Of a DNA stretch of 64,000 bases, positions 57,770-64,000 are shown one piece after another; within the stretch, counting starts at the first letter, position 1; each line of letters opens with the position of its first letter. The DNA lies in the IMG/VR virus record IMGVR_UViG_3300044678_003030, positions 29,957 to 93,956 of that record; one strand, given 5' to 3'. A program made the position numbers and the translations under genes. Source of the stretch: a virus. The notes below the pieces were generated by a model. The model did not search any database and was not told where the DNA came from. It saw only the letters and a program-made list of their open reading frames with translations.

Positions 57770-60700
57770 ATGGCGTCTGTTTCGCTCCTTGCGCCGCCGC
57801 CCCCTTTCTCTTGCGCAGTCTGTGAGCAAGGGACGTACGCTGACAAGGCAGGACCCGGCTGTCGGGCCTGCCCGCTCTTCACAGGTACTCACTACTTTCC
57901 AAGCGGGCAAGGAGACCTCGCTTGTGATGTGCTCTTCCTGGGCGAGCACCCGGAGAAGCCTCCGCTCATCCAGGTGCAGCGCCCCGGGAAGGAGCGCCCG
58001 CTTGATCACTCCGCGTTTCAGGATGACGCGGGTCGCGTCGTACGAGGCGCCGTTGATCAACTCAAGACCGCAGAGCCCTCATTCCGAGGGCTCGTGGTTC
58101 GTTACGGGTACGCGCTTCGTTGCGCGAGTGACACAACACCGAAGAAGGCGTTGCAGGCATGCCAAGGGCCGCTTCGTCACGACTTCGAGCTGATCGCAGC
58201 AGCGCGCGCGTTCTCAGGTAAAACCACGCCTCTCGTCGTCGTCGCGCACGGTACGAACGCCCTTGCCGCCCTCGGTGTAACCGGCAAGAAGGAGGACGAC
58301 GCCAAGAACAAGGTTTTCAACGTCCGCTTCGCGGGCTTGGACTTGGTCGTGGTCTTCACGCGCAGCTTGGCCGCGATTGCTGCGTCGCCCGGCACCTACG
58401 AGTCCACGCGGCAGAACATCGCGCACGCGCTGGACATCGCAGCGGGCCAGGACGTGAAGCCTCTCACACGTGAAGGCATGGCAGCGGGCCATGTCTATCC
58501 GAAGACGCTTGAAGAAGTCGAGAAGCTCTGCGACTTCCTCATCGACTACGCCCCGCCAGGACGAGACCCGGCGACGTGGTCGATCTCTTTCGACACCGAG
58601 ACCAACACGCTCTACCCCACCAAGGGGGTTCAGCTTACGGCCGTCTCTTTCGCGTGGAACAATGGCAAGGCGTGCGCGATCGCGCTCTGGCACCACGAAA
58701 CACCGTACGACCCGGCTGCTGCGTTCGAGCACGTCAAGCGGGTGATTCGCTCCAAGCGGCTCATCCTTCACAACTACCGCTATGACGTCAAGGTCTGCTG
58801 GAAGCTCGGGATCGACATACCACAACTCGCGTGGGATACGCTCCTCGCTGAGCACATCCTTCGCGAAGACGCCAAGGGCTTTTACGGCCTAAAGGCCCTG
58901 ACCGCAGAGTTCTTCCCGGAGCTCGCAGGGTACCAGAGCAAGGTCGACGAGATCGTCGAAGAGGAAGAGAACAAGGCGATCAGCGAGACGGTCAAGGAGA
59001 GCAAGAGGGGGAAGAAGCACGAGGTCCCCCCTGTTCTTCTTGAGAAGCTCGCGCGCCTCAACCTCACGCCGAAGTTCCGCGAGGCGACGCTCCAAAAGCG
59101 CCTCGACGAGTGGCTCGCGTCAGCGCAGAGCAAGCTCATCCCTGAAGCCGGTGACGAAGAGATTCGCCGCAACATCGAGGACGCACAAGCCGTCATCGCA
59201 GCCAAGAAGGCCGGCGAGTTCAAGGCCGGGCCCAAGCCCAAAGCCGAGAAGAAGGTGCAGGTCGACGGCGCCTACGCACTGATCCCGCTGGATCAGCTTC
59301 TCTTCTACGCCGCTGTCGACGCTGACGCGACACGGCGCCTCGCACTCCTCCAGATTGACCGCATGAAGGAGGAGGACGCGCGCAACGCCGACAAGCAAGA
59401 CAAAGTCGCCCGTGTGATGCGCTTCTCGATCGAAGGTAAGAAGTTCCAGGTCATCAAGCGGAGCAAGGAGCAACATCCACGAATCGCTTTGACCCGGGAC
59501 CGTATCGTGCACCGCGCACGAGCCCTCGCCAAGATCGAATACCACGGCGTCAAGATCGACACCGAGTATCTCAAGCAGTGCCGCATCGACATCGAGCACA
59601 CTGTCGCGGAGGCGCAGCGGCGCCTCTTCGAGATGGCAGGGATGGACTTCAAGCCGAGGGGCGGCAAGCAACTGCCCAAGCTCTTCTGCGACACCGGCAT
59701 TGGCTACATCGCGCCCGACAAGGAGCGTGCGCAGTGGCTCGCCGACACACACCCCGATGTCTTCAAGTATTCGGGTGATCGCCTGATGTATCGCGTCCCT
59801 TCGAAGGAGAACGGGGACAACCCGTTGCGCTTCACGAAGAAGGGCGCAGTACAGATGGACGCCGGGTTCCTCAAGCGCGTCTCAGCCGCGTACAAGGACC
59901 CCTTCGCGGACTTGAACCTTGCATGGCGCAAGGCTGCAACGATTCGCGACTCTTTCCTCGTCAACATCTCACGCCTCGTCGAGTTCTACGGGGACGGGTT
60001 CATTCGGCCTGGGTACAACATCCCGGGCACGGCAACAGGCAGACTCTCTTCGTCCTCAGGCGTCAGGGGGATCGGCTACAACGGGCAGAACACCCCCAAG
60101 AAGCCCATCGGGACCGTGAACTGCAAGAAGCTGTTCATCCCTGATGACGACGATCACGTCTTCGTCAACATCGACGGCGCAGGCGCCGAGATCGGCATTC
60201 TCACGGCCTACGCGCCCGACAAGACGCTCATCGACGCGATCCTTGCGGGCCAAGACACGCACAGCTTCTTCTCCGCGAGCATCTTGAACCCTGAACTCGT
60301 CGCAGACGGCAAGACTGGGGAGGCGCGGCGTGCGGCGCTCAAGCTCGCTGGCATCGATGACGTGCACGCCTGGACCTACGACGACTTCTTCATCGGCGGG
60401 AAGAAGCAGGCGCTAGAAGACAAGGACTACTGCGCACGTCTTTACGAGCTGCGTGACAACATCAAGAAGGTCGTCTTCGCGACGCTCTTTGGTGGCGGCC
60501 CGAAGAAGATCGCCGAGATCGCCGGCATTCCGCTCTCGTTCGCCAAGAAGGTCATCGAGCTCTTCTTCCGCCGATTCCCGCTCGTGCCTGACGCGATCAA
60601 GCACTCGCAGTGGTGCCTCAAGACCTTCGGGTTCAACGAGACCTTCTACGGGCGCCTGCGTCGCTTCATGATCGATAACGCCCCGTCGGGCATGGTCGCC

Positions 60701-61114
60701 CGTGCGGAGCGCCAGGGATTCAACTTCCTCATCCAGTCGACGAACTCTGACATCGTGCTCGACGTCCTCACAGACCTCGATCGTGAAGTCGAAGCTCTCG
60801 GCGGCAGGCTCCTCGGCACCGTGCATGACTCCGTCATGTTTCAGTTCCCGAAGAAGTACCTCGGGCAGCTCGAAGACCTCGTTCTGGAGATCGGTACGCG
60901 CAAGGTTGCGCGAGAGAAGCCTTGGCTCCCGGTCCCCTTCAAGTGGGACATCGAGGTGGGCCCCAGCTACGGCGAGATGCAGAAGATCAAGGAGTACATG
61001 AAGGGCGTCAGGGTCGATACGACCCCTACGTTCATCGGTCACACCGAGGCTGATGTGCTCGAAGAGCTGCGGGACAACGAGCCTGTATTCGCCAGCAAGA
61101 AGGGCAAGAAGTGA
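57770..61114 (+). CDS. polA: DNA polymerase family A with N-terminal UDG-like domain and 3'-5' exonuclease
   Basis: CRACPL..VLFLGEHP (UDG4-like); FDTET, HNYRYD, YAAVD (exonuclease); TGRLSS, NIDGAGAEI, RxxxKxxxF, NFLIQS, VHDS. Confidence 0.92.
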   Translation: MASVSLLAPPPPFSCAVCEQGTYADKAGPGCRACPLFTGTHYFPSGQGDLACDVLFLGEHPEKPPLIQVQRPGKERPLDHSAFQDDAGRVVRGAVDQLKTAEPSFRGLVVRYGYALRCASDTTPKKALQACQGPLRHDFELIAAARAFSGKTTPLVVVAHGTNALAALGVTGKKEDDAKNKVFNVRFAGLDLVVVFTRSLAAIAASPGTYESTRQNIAHALDIAAGQDVKPLTREGMAAGHVYPKTLEEVEKLCDFLIDYAPPGRDPATWSISFDTETNTLYPTKGVQLTAVSFAWNNGKACAIALWHHETPYDPAAAFEHVKRVIRSKRLILHNYRYDVKVCWKLGIDIPQLAWDTLLAEHILREDAKGFYGLKALTAEFFPELAGYQSKVDEIVEEEENKAISETVKESKRGKKHEVPPVLLEKLARLNLTPKFREATLQKRLDEWLASAQSKLIPEAGDEEIRRNIEDAQAVIAAKKAGEFKAGPKPKAEKKVQVDGAYALIPLDQLLFYAAVDADATRRLALLQIDRMKEEDARNADKQDKVARVMRFSIEGKKFQVIKRSKEQHPRIALTRDRIVHRARALAKIEYHGVKIDTEYLKQCRIDIEHTVAEAQRRLFEMAGMDFKPRGGKQLPKLFCDTGIGYIAPDKERAQWLADTHPDVFKYSGDRLMYRVPSKENGDNPLRFTKKGAVQMDAGFLKRVSAAYKDPFADLNLAWRKAATIRDSFLVNISRLVEFYGDGFIRPGYNIPGTATGRLSSSSGVRGIGYNGQNTPKKPIGTVNCKKLFIPDDDDHVFVNIDGAGAEIGILTAYAPDKTLIDAILAGQDTHSFFSASILNPELVADGKTGEARRAALKLAGIDDVHAWTYDDFFIGGKKQALEDKDYCARLYELRDNIKKVVFATLFGGGPKKIAEIAGIPLSFAKKVIELFFRRFPLVPDAIKHSQWCLKTFGFNETFYGRLRRFMIDNAPSGMVARAERQGFNFLIQSTNSDIVLDVLTDLDREVEALGGRLLGTVHDSVMFQFPKKYLGQLEDLVLEIGTRKVAREKPWLPVPFKWDIEVGPSYGEMQKIKEYMKGVRVDTTPTFIGHTEADVLEELRDNEPVFASKKGKK

Positions 61115-61392
61115 TTGTTCACCGCGTGAAAGTTCTCCATGACGGGGCCTTCTACGTGGGAGATTGGCCGGGCGCTGAGCCTGCTTTGAGTCTCCTTGAC
61201 GTCATCAAGGACGCCAAGAGACACTTCGCGAGATCGTGCAAGCTCGACTCGATCGACGTTTCGATCGACGCGACCCTTGTCACACAGGACCTGAATGAAG
61301 ACCATGCCGAAGCCGAACAACAAGAAGCCCTGGTCGTGGCTGGACACCGAGACCACGGGTCTCGACCCGACCATCTGCCCGAGGTCAGGTGA
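61111..61392 (+). CDS. Possible small hypothetical protein
   Basis: GTG overlaps polA stop; overlaps next gene by about 90 nt. Confidence 0.35.
   Translation: MIVHRVKVLHDGAFYVGDWPGAEPALSLLDVIKDAKRHFARSCKLDSIDVSIDATLVTQDLNEDHAEAEQQEALVVAGHRDHGSRPDHLPEVR
61118..61130. promoter_or_regulatory. TTCAC-N3-GTGAA site
   Basis: TTCACCGCGTGAA. Confidence 0.85.
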
Positions 61393-62158
61393 GGAGCTGA
61401 AGGACGCGAGGTCCCCGTACGGGTCGCGCGTCCTTCAGGTCGCCGTGAAGTGCACGGATGACGCGCTGCGCCCGTGGACGCGCGGCGGGCGCAGCGAGTA
61501 CTGCACCGACATCAAGCTCCCTCCCGAGGTGCTCGCCGACGCGTCGTGCAAGGCGCTGGAGGTCAACGGGTTCGCCGAGGTCGTGCCCGCCAACAGCTCT
61601 TCGCTAGGGCGGTACCTCGCGTTGCCTGTGCGCCCCCTGGAGAGTCGGGACGGCAAGGACGGGACCATCCAGCACACCGCACCTGGAACTGTGAACTGGA
61701 CGTACGGCCCCGGGCAAGAGGTCAACGAGGACGTCCTCAAGGAGGCCGATGCCCTCGACAACACCGCGCTGTGGGTGATGTGCGACCCTGCGCGCTGGTT
61801 CGACGCGGAGTCTCCCGAGAAGGCGTGGGCGATCGTGCACACGATGCTCTCGGGCTGCCACCTCGTCTGCCAGAACATCCCCTTCGACCGACCGCACATC
61901 TTCAAGGAGCTCAAGCTCCTCAACATGACCTACCCCGCCGATCGGCGCGGCATCGAGATGATGACCGCGTCGAACCTCGTCGCGCAGCTTCACGGCGCGT
62001 CTTCGTGGGGTCTGGAGCTCACCTACGACACGCTCGCGGAGCGTATGGGAATGGAGAAGCTCTCTGCCCACCGCGCGTCTGGCGACGTCGATCGGATGAT
62101 GGCCGTCTACCGCTTCGTGCGAGACGCGTTCATGCGCGGCGCACGCCTGCCCGAGTGA
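61295..62158 (+). CDS. DEDDh 3'-5' exonuclease (DnaQ-like)
   Basis: LDTETTGLD, QNIPFD, HRASGDV. Confidence 0.85.
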   Translation: MKTMPKPNNKKPWSWLDTETTGLDPTICPRSGEELKDARSPYGSRVLQVAVKCTDDALRPWTRGGRSEYCTDIKLPPEVLADASCKALEVNGFAEVVPANSSSLGRYLALPVRPLESRDGKDGTIQHTAPGTVNWTYGPGQEVNEDVLKEADALDNTALWVMCDPARWFDAESPEKAWAIVHTMLSGCHLVCQNIPFDRPHIFKELKLLNMTYPADRRGIEMMTASNLVAQLHGASSWGLELTYDTLAERMGMEKLSAHRASGDVDRMMAVYRFVRDAFMRGARLPE

Positions 62159-62199
62159 CTTCTCCCGCCTTCTGCCTCTGATCTTCCTGTCGGAGTAAA

Positions 62200-62607
62200 A
62201 TGCGAAATCACGATGCGCTCATCGCCACGCACTGCGAGGCGAAGATGCCTCAGCATGTCAAGGACTTGGTCGCGCTGGCCGTGGCCGATCTGTACCACGG
62301 GCCTCCGTATCCGGGTGGCTACGAGGACCGCGCGGAAGAGCTCAGCTTGGCAGAACCTGAGCAGTACAAGGAGTACGACTTTGTCAGGTGTTGCCGAGAG
62401 ATCGATGCGTGGGCAGACGACGAGCTGCCGTCACAACTCTGGCTCGACTCTCAGAGCGACAGCATCGAAGACAGCGATCCTACCGTAGGGGCGTACGCCG
62501 AGGAGTGCGAGCGCGACGGCTGTCCGATCCTGGCAGAGGACTTCTACCTCTACGGCAGCAGGGACATTCGCAGGGCGGTGTTCGGGACCCTCGCCGGGTA
62601 CCTCTGA
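62200..62607 (+). CDS. Hypothetical acidic protein
   Basis: GGAG RBS and ATG. Confidence 0.65.
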   Translation: MRNHDALIATHCEAKMPQHVKDLVALAVADLYHGPPYPGGYEDRAEELSLAEPEQYKEYDFVRCCREIDAWADDELPSQLWLDSQSDSIEDSDPTVGAYAEECERDGCPILAEDFYLYGSRDIRRAVFGTLAGYL

Positions 62608-62616
62608 GGAGGGTGT

Positions 62617-62913
62617 ATGTCCATCACGGTCTATCGCGTCAAAGACGCGCCTGAGTATCTCCAGCGCCTTCTCTGGGCGGACAAGGCAATGGGCAACAAC
62701 CCCGAAGAGCGGCAAGCGATGTTGTGGGTCGCCACGGAGCCCAAGGAGAGCACCGCGTTCTGGGGACCGGCAGACGGCGTCGCGCAGCAAGGGTCTCTGG
62801 CTCGTGCCTTCGGCGCCGGGGTGCGGTTCTACTCGGTCGACCTGGAGACCGAGACGGTGCACTTCTTCACCGACAACAACCCCGAAGACGAACTGGCGTC
62901 TCTTTTCGGCTAG
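62617..62913 (+). CDS. Hypothetical protein
   Basis: GAGGAGG RBS and ATG. Confidence 0.7.
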   Translation: MSITVYRVKDAPEYLQRLLWADKAMGNNPEERQAMLWVATEPKESTAFWGPADGVAQQGSLARAFGAGVRFYSVDLETETVHFFTDNNPEDELASLFG

Positions 62914-62919
62914 GAACAC

Positions 62920-63438
62920 ATGAAGCACAAACCTGAGGAATACACGCTGATCGCGCTGTGGCACACGACTTCCTACTCGTACTACGTCATGGACCTTCAG
63001 CGTCAAGCCGCCAAGGATGACGCACCCCTCGACGCTGTTTACTGGGATGACAGAGGCGGGGGCCGATGGGTGTTGAGCTCCGAAATCAAGAACACCGTTT
63101 CTCGCGCGCGCTTGGGCCTGCCACCGCTGACCGGGGAAGACCGTCCTTTCAACGAACGCGTCGGGGACTTCAGCGCAGCTAGCGTGCCTGCGCATTTCTT
63201 CGCGCGCGATCCAGAGGGCGACGGCTCAAACGCCTCACGCGCGGGTTACGCGGCCAAGGCACTCATCGCGTACGATCGTGCCAAGAACAACGACGAAGAC
63301 ATTCCGACAGCAGTCGGGGACCTCCTCGCTGACTTGCGACACTTCTGCGACGGACACGGCCTCGACTTCGACGCGCTGAATGACAACGGCGCGCGGCACT
63401 ACGGCCACGAGGCCAACGAGAAGCGGTTCAAGGAGTAA
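62920..63438 (+). CDS. Hypothetical protein
   Basis: AGGA RBS; C-terminal DLLADLRHFCD..LDFD..HY..E helical motif. Confidence 0.65.
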   Translation: MKHKPEEYTLIALWHTTSYSYYVMDLQRQAAKDDAPLDAVYWDDRGGGRWVLSSEIKNTVSRARLGLPPLTGEDRPFNERVGDFSAASVPAHFFARDPEGDGSNASRAGYAAKALIAYDRAKNNDEDIPTAVGDLLADLRHFCDGHGLDFDALNDNGARHYGHEANEKRFKE

Positions 63439-63439
63439 C

Positions 63440-64000
63440 ATGCCGACCTATCAGCAGAACGACCCCAAGGGCTGGTGCGGAGACCCCTCACGCGGTGCAG
63501 CCCTCGGCCGCAGCACGATCGACCAGCCCGACGAAGACACCTTCACTGAACCCCTGACGCTCAAGCGTGTTCCGCTCGATCGCGGGGGGTACGACCCCAA
63601 CGGCACCTACTTCGGCACAGGGGAGTCGCTCTACTGGCTCGCTTCTCACGACGGCAACATCGACCTGATGTTCCGCGCCGTCAACGGGATGGCTGCGCGG
63701 CACCACGCTGAAAAGCTCTATCCGAACGCCGTGCTCCCTGATGAGATCGTCGGCCTGGACATCGAGGTCGGCGACGTCGAGCTCGATGAGTTCACGCAGG
63801 GCTACGTCGCGTGCGCTCTCTGGGTCGGTGTTCATGACGAGGAGGGCGAAACGGTCGACGGGTACGAGGTCGAGGACGTCGAGCCTGAGACGCTGCTCGC
63901 CATGAAGCGCGAATGCGCCGACTTTCAGGAAGCCAACGACGAGCTCCTGGAACAGTACTACAACCACCACACCCGAGAGTACGCGGGCCATGACTTCTTC
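63440..64000 (+). CDS. Hypothetical phage protein, 3'-truncated
   Basis: AAGGAG RBS, ATG 63440, open to window end (MPTYQQND..LDRGGYD..YVACALW..AGHDF); absent from ORF track because it has no stop. Confidence 0.7.
   Translation, partial: MPTYQQNDPKGWCGDPSRGAALGRSTIDQPDEDTFTEPLTLKRVPLDRGGYDPNGTYFGTGESLYWLASHDGNIDLMFRAVNGMAARHHAEKLYPNAVLPDEIVGLDIEVGDVELDEFTQGYVACALWVGVHDEEGETVDGYEVEDVEPETLLAMKRECADFQEANDELLEQYYNHHTREYAGHDFF

Noticed and set aside
57365-58474. TCACGTGAA (about 57368) and TCACACGTGAA (58464) as palindrome or parS sites filling the 5-kb gap
   Set aside because: Wrong spacer length and incomplete arms; could be chance

Overview
This 64-kb window looks like part of a GC-rich (about 65% by eye) large tailed bacteriophage with a contractile tail. 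Left end (+ strand): a HExxH metallopeptidase, a 1336-aa multi-domain 'polyvalent' protein, thymidine kinase, and three small genes each with its own promoter and terminator. 7.4-46.5 kb (mostly - strand): a virion operon with portal, a two-gene multisubunit RNA polymerase (beta fused to beta'-N, plus beta'-C), many Ala/Lys-rich head proteins, prohead protease, major capsid, neck, sheath, tube, spike and endolysin. 46.5-62 kb (mostly + strand): SNF2 helicase, ParB-like protein, sigma-70 factor, Cas4-like nuclease, primase-helicase, UDG-fused family A DNA polymerase and DEDDh exonuclease. Three unusual signals stand out. (1) A 13-bp palindrome, TTCAC-N3-GTGAA, occurs exactly 25 times by manual count (about 0.02 expected), roughly every 2.4 kb and independent of reading frame; it resembles parS half-sites with a spacer and the window encodes a ParB/KorB-like protein. 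(2) A pervasive K-x-A motif marks domain boundaries in head-module proteins, suggesting protease-processed polyprotein cargo. (3) The putative virion RNA polymerase carries a K-x-A-flanked insertion with an inorganic-pyrophosphatase-like domain that also begins the 1336-aa polyprotein. All functional calls come from motif recognition only; no searches were run.
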